A DNA stretch of 64,000 nt from Chitinophaga pinensis. Lineage in GTDB: Bacteria > Cyanobacteriota > Cyanobacteriia > PCC-6307 > Cyanobiaceae. Below the pieces are notes generated by a model. That model searched no databases and was not told the origin of the DNA. It saw only the letters and a program-made list of their open reading frames with translations. Position 1 is the first letter of the stretch; each line of letters opens with the position of its first letter. Shown piece by piece: positions 32,336-42,401 of this stretch. Location of the stretch: contig CALRTY020000007.1 of assembly GCA_943371245.1 (NCBI GenBank), forward strand, positions 46,977 to 110,976, written 5' to 3'. Made by a program: the position numbers and the translations under genes.

Positions 32336-33663
32336 GCGGCCTTACCTGGCGGCGGCAGCCGCTGCCCTGGCGGCAGCCGCTGCTGGTGGTGCAGGCCCTG
32401 GCCCACCACTACGGCCCGGCCGGGCTGGTGTGGCTCGATGGCAACGAAAGTCCCTTGGCCGGCATCGGGCGGCTCGGCGTGGCCCCCCACCAGCAACTGG
32501 TTTGCCGCGGGCTGCCCGGCGAGGCGAACGCCAGTGATCCCTTCATCGCCCTGGAAACGATGGCCCGCAGTGGCGGCCACTGGATGGGCTGGTTGGCCTA
32601 CGAAGCGGGCGCCTGGGTGGAGCCGGCGGCCCACTGGCGCTCCTCGCCCATGGCCAGCCTCTGGGCGGCGCGCCACGATCCGGTGCTGGCGATCGATGCC
32701 CAAGGCCAGCAGCTCTGGCTAGAGGGCAGTGAACGGGGGTTGATGGCAGAGCTGACGGCCCTGATCGAGGCCCTGCCCCCCGGTGCTGCCGCTGCGCCGC
32801 TGACCAGCCCAGGACCGATCCCGCTGCATCGCTGGCAGTGGCACACAAGCCGCCAGAGCTACACCGAGCAGGTGGATCAGATCCGCGCTCGCATCGCCGC
32901 CGGCGACCTGTTCCAGGCCAATCTCACCGCCTGCTGCGAGCACCAGCTGCAGGCGGAGCCCGATCTGCTGGCCCTCTACGGCCGGCTGCGCCAGCGCTGC
33001 CCGGCTCCCTTCGGGGGGCTAGCGATCGCTGCGGGGGAAGCTGCTGGGGAAGCGGTGCTCTCCGCCTCCCCGGAACGCTTTTTGCAACTGGATGGCCAGG
33101 GCTGGGTGGAAACCAGGCCGATCAAGGGCACCCGGCCCCGCCATGGCGAGGCCAGCGCCGATGCCGAAGCCGCCGCAGACCTGATCACCAGCCCCAAGGA
33201 CCGGGCCGAAAACGTGATGATCGTGGATCTGCTGCGCAACGACCTGGGCCGGGTCTGCCGGCCGGGCAGCGTGGCGGTGCCCCAACTGGTGGCCCTCGAG
33301 AGCTACGCCCAGGTGCACCACCTCACCTCGGTGGTGCGGGGCCAGCTGCGGCCGAATACCAACCTGGTGCAGCTGCTGCGGGCCTGCTGGCCGGGGGGCT
33401 CGATCAGCGGAGCGCCCAAAATCCGGGCCTGTCAACGGCTGGGGGAGCTGGAGCCGGTGCCCCGAGGGCCCTACTGCGGCTCCCTGTTCCGGCTGACGCC
33501 CACCGGCGAATTCGACAGCAGCATTTTGATTCGCTCCCTGTTTGTGCGGGGCCGCAGCCTGCGGGCCCATGCCGGCTGCGGCATCGTGGCCGACTCCGAC
33601 CCGGCCGGCGAGGCGGAGGAACTGGGCTGGAAGCTGCAGCCCCTGCTCGACGCCCTGGCCTGA
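32332..33663 (+). CDS. pabB: aminodeoxychorismate synthase component I
   Basis: Chorismate-binding family: [47 protein letters not shown] overlap with queC and followed by pabC. Confidence 0.8.
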   Translation: MSGLTWRRQPLPWRQPLLVVQALAHHYGPAGLVWLDGNESPLAGIGRLGVAPHQQLVCRGLPGEANASDPFIALETMARSGGHWMGWLAYEAGAWVEPAAHWRSSPMASLWAARHDPVLAIDAQGQQLWLEGSERGLMAELTALIEALPPGAAAAPLTSPGPIPLHRWQWHTSRQSYTEQVDQIRARIAAGDLFQANLTACCEHQLQAEPDLLALYGRLRQRCPAPFGGLAIAAGEAAGEAVLSASPERFLQLDGQGWVETRPIKGTRPRHGEASADAEAAADLITSPKDRAENVMIVDLLRNDLGRVCRPGSVAVPQLVALESYAQVHHLTSVVRGQLRPNTNLVQLLRACWPGGSISGAPKIRACQRLGELEPVPRGPYCGSLFRLTPTGEFDSSILIRSLFVRGRSLRAHAGCGIVADSDPAGEAEELGWKLQPLLDALA

Positions 33664-34520
33664 TGGCAGCCGCCATCGCCTGGATCGATAGCCCCGATGG
33701 GGCGGGCCGCTGGGGCGAGCCGGCGGCGCTGGGCCTACCGCTGCACGATCGCGGCCTGCTGCTGGCCGACGGCCTGTTCGAAACGCTGCTGGTGGAGCGG
33801 GGCCAGCCCCAGCTACTGAAGGAGCACCTGGAGCGCTGGCACGGCGGCGCCGCCCTGTTGGGCATGGCGCCGCCACCGGGGGCTGCACGGGTGCGCCAGT
33901 TGGCCGCCGAGGCGGTGGCCCGCAGTGGCATCGGCGGCGGTGCCCTGCGGCTCAACTGGAGCCGCGGCGGCGGCGGTCGCGGCATCGAGCTGCCGCCGGG
34001 TGCTGCCGAGGGCGGCCCTGGCCAGCGCTTTTGGCTACAGCTATCGGCGGCGACGCCCTGCTTTGCCCCCTTAACGGTGATCGTTAGCGCCACCGAGCGG
34101 CGCTGCAGCACCAGTCTGCTGAGCCGCTGCAAGAGCTTCGCCTACGGCTCCGCGATCCAGGCCCGCCGCCAAGCTCGCGCCGCCGGCGCCGACGAGGCCT
34201 TGCTGGCCAGCAGTGCCGGCGGCCTCTGCTGCGGCACCACCGCCAACCTGCTGGTGCTGCGGGCTGGCCAGTGGTGCACCCCGCCCCTGGCCAGCGGCTG
34301 CCTGCCGGGGGTGATGCGTCGCCGGGCCCTGGAATTGGGTCTGGCCCAGGAGGCCCAGCAGCCCATTGAGCTCAGTGAATTTGCCAGCGGCCAGATCCCC
34401 GCAGCCCTGCTAATCAACAGCCTCGGCTGCAGGCCGATCAGCGCCATCGAGGGGCTGGCCCTGGCCGAGGTTCAACCCGGGGCGGCGAAGCGATTTTGGC
34501 GTGGTCTGCTGCCGGCCTGA
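33663..34520 (+). CDS. pabC: aminodeoxychorismate lyase (class IV aminotransferase fold)
   Basis: From ATG 33663 (overlaps the pabB stop): DRGLLLADGLFETLLV...; context with pabB. Confidence 0.7.
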   Translation: MAAAIAWIDSPDGAGRWGEPAALGLPLHDRGLLLADGLFETLLVERGQPQLLKEHLERWHGGAALLGMAPPPGAARVRQLAAEAVARSGIGGGALRLNWSRGGGGRGIELPPGAAEGGPGQRFWLQLSAATPCFAPLTVIVSATERRCSTSLLSRCKSFAYGSAIQARRQARAAGADEALLASSAGGLCCGTTANLLVLRAGQWCTPPLASGCLPGVMRRRALELGLAQEAQQPIELSEFASGQIPAALLINSLGCRPISAIEGLALAEVQPGAAKRFWRGLLPA

Positions 34521-34639
34521 GCGGCGGCGCCCAGCAGTGCTCAATTGCAGGCCGGCTCCAGAGCAGAAGTGCTGAATTAGGCAGTGCTCAAGGCCGGGAG
34601 TAAAAAAGGTTCAGCATCGATCTGGGCAAGGAAAGCGCT

Positions 34640-35128
34640 ATGGCGAAGCCTGCTGGGGCATGGGCCGGCATCGGCGCGGTGGCGCTGGCCCTGGGCTTTG
34701 GGCTGCTGGGCTGCACTGGCAAAGGTGAACAGCCGGTGTCCACCGCCAAGCCCGGAGATCTGTTGGTGATCAGCGGCAAGCAGCGCCTGGAACTGGTGCA
34801 AGCCCCCCGCGGTGGCACTGTGCCCAACAGCCTGCTGGGGGGCGTGGTGCGGCTGCGGAGCGATGGCCAAGAGCAGCTTTACACGGTGAATGCGGTATGC
34901 AGCATGCCGAACCTGCCCGGCTGGCCCACCTATGACAACCTCTACGGCCGTGAGCTCAGCAAGGTGGCAGAAGCCAAAAACTCCCTGGGCAAAACCAGCT
35001 GGCAGATTTTGTTCCACTACGCCAAGAGCAAAGAGGAGAAAATGGGTCGCGATCCCGGCCCCTGGACAGCACGTTTAAGGGACAACATGTGCCGGCGCGG
35101 CGATTTTGACGATCGCCCTAAGCGCTAG
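34640..35128 (+). CDS. hypothetical lipoprotein
   Basis: Lipobox LGFGLLGC after a hydrophobic N-terminus. No family recognised. Confidence 0.5.
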   Translation: MAKPAGAWAGIGAVALALGFGLLGCTGKGEQPVSTAKPGDLLVISGKQRLELVQAPRGGTVPNSLLGGVVRLRSDGQEQLYTVNAVCSMPNLPGWPTYDNLYGRELSKVAEAKNSLGKTSWQILFHYAKSKEEKMGRDPGPWTARLRDNMCRRGDFDDRPKR

Positions 35129-35198
35129 ACCCCCAGCCAGCCAGCCAGCCAGGACCAACCGCTGGCAATGCTTAAACAGCTAACGCAAAGCATCCCGC

Positions 35199-35280
35199 CT
35201 TCTGCCTTTGCTAACGGCCTTCTGCCTTTGCCAACAGCCTTCTGCCTTTGCTAACGGGCATCTGCCTTTGCCAACGGCCG
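35199..35280. repeat. 4 x 20-bp tandem repeat (TCTGCCTTTGCyAACrGCCT), preceded by (CCAG)5 at 35131-35152
   Basis: Read directly. Confidence 0.9.
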
Positions 35281-35457
35281 GGGCCCCAAGGCGAAAGCCA
35301 GGACCCCAGCATTGCCACCCAGCAGTGGCCTGGAGCCATTGTTATGAGCAAATAGCCCTAGCGATTATGCCCAAGGGCAGTGCCCGGGAGTTTGGCCCAG
35401 GCCACTGGGCTCCTGGCTCTTGCCCAGGGCCCAGCCATGCCAGCGATCGCAGAGAAA

Positions 35458-35471
35458 GTATCAACAGTTAC
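35458..35471 (+). promoter_or_regulatory. candidate NtcA box GTATCAACAGTTAC upstream of fmdA
   Basis: Perfect GTA-N8-TAC 56 nt upstream of the fmdA ATG. No convincing TAN3T -10 box at the canonical ~22-nt spacing. Confidence 0.5.
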
Positions 35472-35526
35472 ACACTCTGCTGTTGGGGCTGTCGTTTGAT
35501 TTCGCCTGGAATGAAACCCTGGCCCC

Positions 35527-36732
35527 ATGCCGCAAACACTGTTCAAGGTTGATCTCACCAAGCCGATGGATCAACAGGAAATGCCAGGTCACAACCGCTG
35601 GCACCCAGACATCCCGGCAGTGGTTTCCGTCAATCCAGGCGACGTGTTCAGGATCGAATGCAAAGACTGGACGGACGGCCAGATTAAAAACAACGACGAC
35701 CCCAAAGATATTGCCGATGTAAACCTAGAAGTGGTTCACGTTCTCAGTGGCCCCATATGGGTTAATGGCGCTGAACCCGGCGACATTCTTGTTGTCGACA
35801 TTCTCGATGTTGGAGCCCTTCAGGGTGATGAATGGGGCTTTACTGGCATCTTCGCCAAGGAGAATGGTGGTGGCTTCCTCACCGACCACTACCCCAATGC
35901 CGCCAAGGCGATTTGGGACTTTGAAGGCATCTATACCAGCTCCCGCCACATTCCCGGCGTGCGCTTTGCCGGCATCACCCACCCCGGTCTGATTGGCTGC
36001 GCCCCCTCCCACGAGCTGCTCAAGGAGTGGAATCGGCGCGAAACAGAGCTAGTGAATACCGCCCCAGACATCCGCACCTATGGCGCCGGCCTATCGGGCA
36101 GCGAACCGGTGCTGGCCGCCCTGCCCAACCCCAATAGCGCCATCCTCGGCACCCTGGCCAGCTCCGAGTTTGAGCGGGTTGCCAACGAGGCGGCCCGCAC
36201 CGTGCCACCGCGGGAGCACGGTGGTAACTGCGACATCAAAAATCTCACCAAGGGCACCAGGATTTACTTCCCAGTTTACGTAGAAGGTGGCAAGCTATCC
36301 ATGGGAGACATCCACTTCTCCCAAGGCGACGGCGAGATCTCCTTCTGCGGCGCCATCGAGATGTCTGGCTATCTCGATCTCCACGTGGATATCATCAAGG
36401 GTGGCGTAGCCAAGTACGGCATGGTTAACCCCATGTTCAAGACCAGCCCCGTGGAGCCACATTTTACCGATTACCTGGTATTCGAAGGCATCTCAGTTGA
36501 TGAATTCACCGGCAAGCAGCACTACATGGATGTGCACATTGCCTACCGTCGCGCCTGCTTGAATGCCATCGAATATCTCAAGAAGTTTGGCTACACCGGC
36601 GAACAGGCTTATCTGCTATTAAGCTGTGCTCCCGTGGAAGGTCGCATCAGCGGCATCGTGGACATCCCCAACGCCTGCGCCACCCTGGCCATTCCCACAT
36701 CGATCTTCAATCAAGACATCTTGCCCCGTTAA
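35527..36732 (+). CDS. fmdA: formamidase (acetamidase/formamidase family)
   Basis: MPQTLFKVDLTKPMDQQEMPGHNRWHPDIP...GGNCDIKNL...GDIHFSQGDGEISFCGAIEM. Confidence 0.9.
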   Translation: MPQTLFKVDLTKPMDQQEMPGHNRWHPDIPAVVSVNPGDVFRIECKDWTDGQIKNNDDPKDIADVNLEVVHVLSGPIWVNGAEPGDILVVDILDVGALQGDEWGFTGIFAKENGGGFLTDHYPNAAKAIWDFEGIYTSSRHIPGVRFAGITHPGLIGCAPSHELLKEWNRRETELVNTAPDIRTYGAGLSGSEPVLAALPNPNSAILGTLASSEFERVANEAARTVPPREHGGNCDIKNLTKGTRIYFPVYVEGGKLSMGDIHFSQGDGEISFCGAIEMSGYLDLHVDIIKGGVAKYGMVNPMFKTSPVEPHFTDYLVFEGISVDEFTGKQHYMDVHIAYRRACLNAIEYLKKFGYTGEQAYLLLSCAPVEGRISGIVDIPNACATLAIPTSIFNQDILPR

Positions 36733-36752
36733 GCGCCAGCCTCTAGCATCTC

Positions 36753-36781
36753 AAGGGAGGGGATATATCCCCCTCCCTTTT
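36753..36781 (+). terminator. Rho-independent terminator after fmdA
   Basis: AAGGGAGGGGATATATCCCCCTCCCTTTT, a GC-rich stem with one bulge followed by a T run. Confidence 0.6.
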
Positions 36782-37015
36782 CCCGCCTCGCAACTCGACT
36801 TTCGGCCACAAGTTCACAAGGCCTAGCCGAGGCACCCCAAGTACCCAAGTTCTAACCGAGCCATTATCTTAACCTTATCTCAATCTTGCTGCGAAAATTT
36901 TGAATATTCATCTAGGTTTAATTTCATTTTGTTAAAGGCGGCCATCGCTCAAGCCCCGGCCCCTTTCCCCCTTCCAGTTCTCCACCACCCCACCCAGAAA
37001 GCGCCCAATCTCACC

Positions 37016-37291
37016 ATGCCAGTCTATGAGTTCAGCTGCCCCCAGGGCTGCGATAATTATGAAGTTTGGCGCTCAATTGATGCCCGTGACTCTAACACTG
37101 AATGCCCTGATTGCGGGATTAAAGGCAACCGCGTATTCAGCCCACCGATGGCGCTCTGCGGGCCTCTGCGCTTAAAAACCGAAAGCAAAGATCCCACTAT
37201 TGTGCGCAAAGAAACGGGCAGCGAAAACAAGCCACGACTTAAAAATGCCCAAGGCGCCAGGCCATGGATGCTCAACCGTGGCTGTTGCTAA
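37016..37291 (+). CDS. fmdB: FmdB-family zinc-ribbon putative regulatory protein
   Basis: MPVYEFSCPQGCDNYEVW...TECPDCG (CxxC...CxxC zinc ribbon of the FmdB type) next to fmdA. Confidence 0.75.
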   Translation: MPVYEFSCPQGCDNYEVWRSIDARDSNTECPDCGIKGNRVFSPPMALCGPLRLKTESKDPTIVRKETGSENKPRLKNAQGARPWMLNRGCC

Positions 37292-38368
37292 TGCTCCTGG
37301 CGATTGAGCGAATGTGCATGTCGGCCTGGCATCTGGCCATCCAGCTTGATTACTGTTCAACTGCCGCTGGATTCGGGGCATTTTTATGACAATAACCAAG
37401 GAGGGAAACAGCTATAAATATAGATAGAGTGCACGAGCCAGGCGAGCAAAACGAGCCAACCAAGGCAGATGAGTCAGATGAAGTAGATCAGCCAGAGTAG
37501 GCAGATAAGCAAAGAAGGCAGATAAGCAAGATGAGCAATACGAGAAGAATTAGCGCCCCCTCGGAAGCCAGATATAGCTCACCACAATTCACGGGAAAAC
37601 GACGAAAGGTGTGCGTGCTATATCCAAAGCCGACATATTTATCGCGAGATGGCCTTAAATAGAAAAAACGCGCCGTGGAATCGCAGAAAGAAGCTTTGCA
37701 ATCCTTCCATCATAGATTTATTTATTTTGATTAGCAAGGCCCAGGCAGGTTAATATGAAGCAAGCTTTGATGAAGTTACCAATCGCAAGGGAGATGCTGG
37801 AAAACCATAGCCATTATCAATGGAGCACTAATCTGGCAATTTCCCTTAGCTAACATATGTCGCCTAATCGGAGGTTTTCCAGAGTCTCCTTAGCCTCCAT
37901 TCCTTGATTTCATTCCCCCAAACACCTGGCTTGCAGATCGGGGCTGTATGCGTTCCCCAAGGCGCTCCCCAGGCCCCGGTGGGTACTTCCACCGTCCCCT
38001 GGTAACCCCTAGGAAGCCGGAGGTCATATGCGGGAAGTGGGGACCTGGGAGAAGCTCGGGGCAAGGGAACTAGCCATGGCCTGTTCACAGGCAATAACAA
38101 GCCCACAGGCGACAACAAGGCTAAAGGCATTAACAAGGCTTCGGATCCTAAACTAGAGACAATAGGCGATTACCCTAGTTAGCCATACCACGACAAAGTG
38201 GCCGGAAAAAAGCGAGACGAATTTGCCTCACTATCGAAAACCTAACGCCATGATGATCTCAAGAATATTTCAACGGCTGGTGATTTGACTACCTGGGCAA
38301 CTGGGGACAAAATTTCACAAGCAGCACGAAAAGCGGCATATTATTATATGCATAATATTATATAGCTA

Positions 38369-39118
38369 TTAGACGGTAAGAAATTCCTTGACGACATCCT
38401 CGGAGAGGGAGGCCGTGGGACCGCTGGAAACGATGCTGCCTCGCTGCATAGCATAATAATAGCTGGATTGACGAACAAAATGCAGATGCTGTTCAACTAG
38501 AAGCACACTAATGCCGGTTTCTTTCATAATTCTCTGCACGGCACGCTCGATATCGAAGATAATTGAGGGTTGAATTCCCTCTGTTGGCTCATCAAGGAGC
38601 AATAACTTAGGCTTGCCTAGCATGGCACGGGCAATGGCTAATTGCTGCTGCTGACCACCGCTGAGATCTCCACCCTTGCGGCCCAGGAATTTCTCTAGAA
38701 TCGGAAATAGGTCAAATACGATTGGATCGATGTGGCGGTTCTTGGCCAGACCTCCGGGCAGTGCTTCCATGCCCAGCAGAAGATTCTCGCGGACAGTTAG
38801 CTGGGGGATGATATCCCGCCCCTGGGAAACATAGCCAATGCCATGGCGAGCACGCTGGTAGGGGGGCTCAGAGAGTAGCTCACGCCCCTGATAGCCCAGC
38901 GAACCAGACTTCTGCTGAAGCAGGCCAATAATGGTTTTTAGCAGGGTGGTTTTGCCGACGCCATTACGGCCAATCAAGCAAATCATCTCACCTTCATTAA
39001 TGGACAAGTCCACATTACGGAGAATATGGCTTTCTCCATAGTAAACATTAAGGCCTGAGACAGTGAGAATCTTTTTGTCTGTAGCCGGTGAAGTGGGGGC
39101 TGGCGCGGTGCTGAGCAT
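38369..39118 (-). CDS. urtE: urea ABC transporter ATP-binding protein UrtE
   Basis: Walker A GRNGVGKTT, signature LSGGQQQ, Walker B LLLLDEP. Last gene of the urt operon. Confidence 0.9.
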   Translation of the reverse strand: MLSTAPAPTSPATDKKILTVSGLNVYYGESHILRNVDLSINEGEMICLIGRNGVGKTTLLKTIIGLLQQKSGSLGYQGRELLSEPPYQRARHGIGYVSQGRDIIPQLTVRENLLLGMEALPGGLAKNRHIDPIVFDLFPILEKFLGRKGGDLSGGQQQQLAIARAMLGKPKLLLLDEPTEGIQPSIIFDIERAVQRIMKETGISVLLVEQHLHFVRQSSYYYAMQRGSIVSSGPTASLSEDVVKEFLTV

Positions 39119-39152
39119 GGCGGGGGAAGAGCAGAGGAACTAGAAGAAAGTT

Positions 39153-39899
39153 TCAGTCTTGAGATTGGCCGAGATAGACTTCAATAACCTTGGGATCCTT
39201 CTTGACATCATCAATCAGCCCTTCCGTGAGAACACTGCCCTGATGCAGCACCGTTACTGGCGCCTTGAGATCACGAATAAATTCCATATCGTGCTCGATT
39301 ACAACAACAGTATGCTTGCCAGCCAGTGATTTGATCAATTCGGCTGTGCGAACAGTCTCCTCATCGGTAAGACCAGCCACTGGTTCATCCAGCAGTAACA
39401 GCTGGGGAGACTGGGCCACCAGGGAGGCAATGGCCAACCATTGCTTCTGGCCATGGGATAGGGCTCCGGCCTTGGTCTTGGCGAAGGGGGCCAAACCCAC
39501 GTAATGGAGTAAGCGCTGCACCTCGTCGCGAATGCTGGCAGGTATCCGATCGCTAAGCAGACCCAGGGGATTTTTCAACGGGGAGGCTGCCAACTCCAGG
39601 TTGCGAATCACATCTAGATTTTCAAAAACCCGAGGGGTCTGGAATTTACGACCAATACCCCTACGGGATATCTTCTGTTCACTCAAACCAACCAAAGACT
39701 CTCCCTTGAAGAAAACACTACCTTTGGTCGGGCGAACCTTGCCGGTGATCACATCGAGGAAAGTGGTCTTGCCAGCCCCGTTGGGGCCGATAATTGACCG
39801 CAATTCGCCAGGCTGAAGGCAAATGGAAAGGTCGGTAAGCGCATAAAAGCCATCAAAGCTTACGCTCACATCATTAATCTGAAGCAGTGGGACCGACAT
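39153..39899 (-). CDS. urtD: urea ABC transporter ATP-binding protein UrtD
   Basis: GPNGAGKTT, LSHGQKQ, LLLLDEP. Operon position. Confidence 0.9.
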   Translation of the reverse strand: MSVPLLQINDVSVSFDGFYALTDLSICLQPGELRSIIGPNGAGKTTFLDVITGKVRPTKGSVFFKGESLVGLSEQKISRRGIGRKFQTPRVFENLDVIRNLELAASPLKNPLGLLSDRIPASIRDEVQRLLHYVGLAPFAKTKAGALSHGQKQWLAIASLVAQSPQLLLLDEPVAGLTDEETVRTAELIKSLAGKHTVVVIEHDMEFIRDLKAPVTVLHQGSVLTEGLIDDVKKDPKVIEVYLGQSQD

Positions 39900-39939
39900 T
39901 AAAATGCCTCGCGGTGGGTAATCATGAGTGAGTCAAAAA

Positions 39940-41070
39940 TCACTTGTTTGCCACGGACTCTGCTTCTTCGAGCACGTTTGGATTTGTGTCTATAGAGGGA
40001 TAGGTGGCCGTTGTTGGTGCCTTGCCAAAGGCAGCCAGCATCGAGGCAAAGCCACCGCCTTTGAACCAGCCATAGATGCCATCAGGCATCAGCACAACCA
40101 CGAAGATGAACAGGGCACCCTGCACAAATAGCCACATCTCCGGAAGGGCTTCACTCACAAGGCTGCGCAGATAATTAACAACTACCGCACCAATAATAGG
40201 GCCAACCAGAGTGCCTCGACCGCCCACTGCCACCCAGATCACCATCTCAATAGACATGGAGATGCTCATGTACTGGGGCGAAACGATGCCCGACTGCACT
40301 GTATAGAGGGCGCCTGAGATGCCGCAAAGGGCGCCTGCCACAACAAATACAATGGTCTTAAATGGCACAGGATTGTAACCAGTGAAGCGGAAGCGTTGCT
40401 CGTCGTCACGAATGGCGATAAGTGCGTCGCCAAAGCGCCCAGTGGTAAGTCGCTTGCAAATAATAAATGCTACGGGCAGCAGTAGCACGGTGATGCGATA
40501 AAGCCAGAGTTGGGCCTCTGGCGAGCCCAAAAGCATTCCGAACACCTCTGTAGTGCTGGTCTTTAGGCCATTGGTGCCATTGATGAGCTTTTGCTGGCCA
40601 TTAAAGAAGTGATAAAAAACCATCAGCGCCGCCTGGGTGATGATGGAGAAATAAACCCCTTTAATTCGATTTCTAAAAATAAGGTATCCAACCAGGCCAG
40701 CGATTACCGCTGGAATCACCCAGATCGCGATCAGGGTGAAAGTGGGTGACCAGAATGGCTGCCAGAAGAACGGCAGTTTTTCCACACCATAGTTCTCAAA
40801 GAACTTGGGGATGCCATTGCCACCAGCTTCGCTCTTGGTGTTGAGCATCAAATACATAGCCGCGCCGTAGCCCCCCAAGGCAAAAAAGATGCCTTGACCC
40901 AGGCTGAGCAAGCCCGTATAGCCCCAAATCAAGTCAATTGCCAGGGCGGTAATGGCAAGAGCGAAGTAGCGGCCAAATAGATTAAGCCGGAAATTTTCAA
41001 GGACTGCCGGCAGGATGAACAGGGCAACCGCCAGCAAAATCCACGGAAGAAGGCGTTTGAAAAGTTTCAA
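39940..41070 (-). CDS. urtC: urea ABC transporter permease UrtC
   Basis: Branched-chain-type permease with multiple TM helices. Operon position. Confidence 0.9.
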   Translation of the reverse strand: MKLFKRLLPWILLAVALFILPAVLENFRLNLFGRYFALAITALAIDLIWGYTGLLSLGQGIFFALGGYGAAMYLMLNTKSEAGGNGIPKFFENYGVEKLPFFWQPFWSPTFTLIAIWVIPAVIAGLVGYLIFRNRIKGVYFSIITQAALMVFYHFFNGQQKLINGTNGLKTSTTEVFGMLLGSPEAQLWLYRITVLLLPVAFIICKRLTTGRFGDALIAIRDDEQRFRFTGYNPVPFKTIVFVVAGALCGISGALYTVQSGIVSPQYMSISMSIEMVIWVAVGGRGTLVGPIIGAVVVNYLRSLVSEALPEMWLFVQGALFIFVVVLMPDGIYGWFKGGGFASMLAAFGKAPTTATYPSIDTNPNVLEEAESVANK

Positions 41071-41124
41071 GGCTGATGCCTCAATGTGGATGGGCTTGCA
41101 AGGTGCGGAAAGAAGGCCGCGGAA

Positions 41125-42282
41125 TTAAGATTCAACAGATCTACCCTTTAGAGGGAACATGCCGTTGGGACGGAACTGAAGGAAGGCGATAATGAATATA
41201 AACACCAGCACCAAAGACATGCTAGTAGTTGCAAAGAATTCGATCACGGCCTTGGGGGCAGCAGGCAGATTCGGGAACATGATCAAAACTGAGCCGGAGC
41301 CAATCACCGATTGAATGATCCCCAGCAGCAGTGATGCCAACACAGTGCCCAGCAAATTGCCTACGCCACCTAAAACAATCACCATGAAGCAGGAGACGAT
41401 ATAGGCAGCGCCCAGGTTTGGGCCCACGGATCCCAGCAGGGTGATCGCACAGCCAGCCACCCCCGCCAGGCCAGAACCAATGCCAAAGGTGATGCTGTCC
41501 ACCCGGTCGGTGGGAATGCCCAGGCAATTACTCATCTGCCTGTTCTGGGTAACGGCCCGCATGCGCAGCCCCCAGACGCTCTTGGTGAGGAACCAGACCG
41601 TGGCCAGCAACAGCACCGCAGACAGCAGGATGATGAAGATGCGGATACCCGGAAGCTCAATCCCATCGATCTTGCCCCAGCTACCCTGCAGCCACTTGGG
41701 GGCGGTAACATCAATGTTTCGAGGTCCAAACCAAGCCGACGACAATGGGCGAACTGCCGATAAGATGTTGGCAGCTGCCAGGCCAACCCCAATAGACACC
41801 AGCCAGCCCAAACCAGTGACATAGGGCAAGAAAGGCTTTTCAGCCCAGGTTTTGCCGATTACCTTTGAGGCAAAGATTCCTAGGCCAATGGCCATCAGTA
41901 TACCCAGTACCATGGCGGTAGATACACTGCGCACTAACTGGATCAGAATTAAACTGACCCCCCAGGTAGCCAACAATGTTTCCAGGGGTCTTCCGTATAA
42001 CCGCCTGATCAAAGTGCGTTCGAGCAATACCCCCACCAGTGCTGTCACAAAAAATGACAGCACCAAGGCCACCGGGAAATAAAGCTCAAAGACAATGCCG
42101 CCCATGGGCTTGAAAACATTTTGGACCACGAAGGTCACATAGGCGCCAAGCATCATTAGCTCGCCGTGGGCGAGGTTAATGACACCCATCAAACCGAAAA
42201 CAATGGCGAGACCGGTTGCAGCAAGCAGCAGCACTGAACCGATACTCAGACCATCAAGAACCTGAGAAAAAAAGAGTTCCAC
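41125..42282 (-). CDS. urtB: urea ABC transporter permease UrtB
   Basis: LivH-like permease (VINLAHGELMMLGAY). Operon position. Confidence 0.9.
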   Translation of the reverse strand: MELFFSQVLDGLSIGSVLLLAATGLAIVFGLMGVINLAHGELMMLGAYVTFVVQNVFKPMGGIVFELYFPVALVLSFFVTALVGVLLERTLIRRLYGRPLETLLATWGVSLILIQLVRSVSTAMVLGILMAIGLGIFASKVIGKTWAEKPFLPYVTGLGWLVSIGVGLAAANILSAVRPLSSAWFGPRNIDVTAPKWLQGSWGKIDGIELPGIRIFIILLSAVLLLATVWFLTKSVWGLRMRAVTQNRQMSNCLGIPTDRVDSITFGIGSGLAGVAGCAITLLGSVGPNLGAAYIVSCFMVIVLGGVGNLLGTVLASLLLGIIQSVIGSGSVLIMFPNLPAAPKAVIEFFATTSMSLVLVFIFIIAFLQFRPNGMFPLKGRSVES

Positions 42283-42401
42283 CAGTGCAAATCCTTAGGA
42301 AGAAATAGGGCCTGGCTAAACCAGGCCCCTAGCTGATCAACAGGATGACGATCAAGCCATCAAGACAGGACCGGCGGGTAGAAAGACGCCAGGTCTAACT
42401 A

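Noticed and set aside
32838-33662. N-terminal part of the 560-aa ORF ending as pabC, and likewise 47432..48037 upstream of the AEC permease
   Set aside because: These are off-frame read-through of pabB and ureD respectively. The real starts are the ATGs overlapping the upstream stop codons.
37864-38136. 90-aa minus-strand ORF in the fmdB-urtE gap
   Set aside because: Pro/Leu/Trp-rich with no motif, and it sits in a repeat-containing non-coding-looking stretch.
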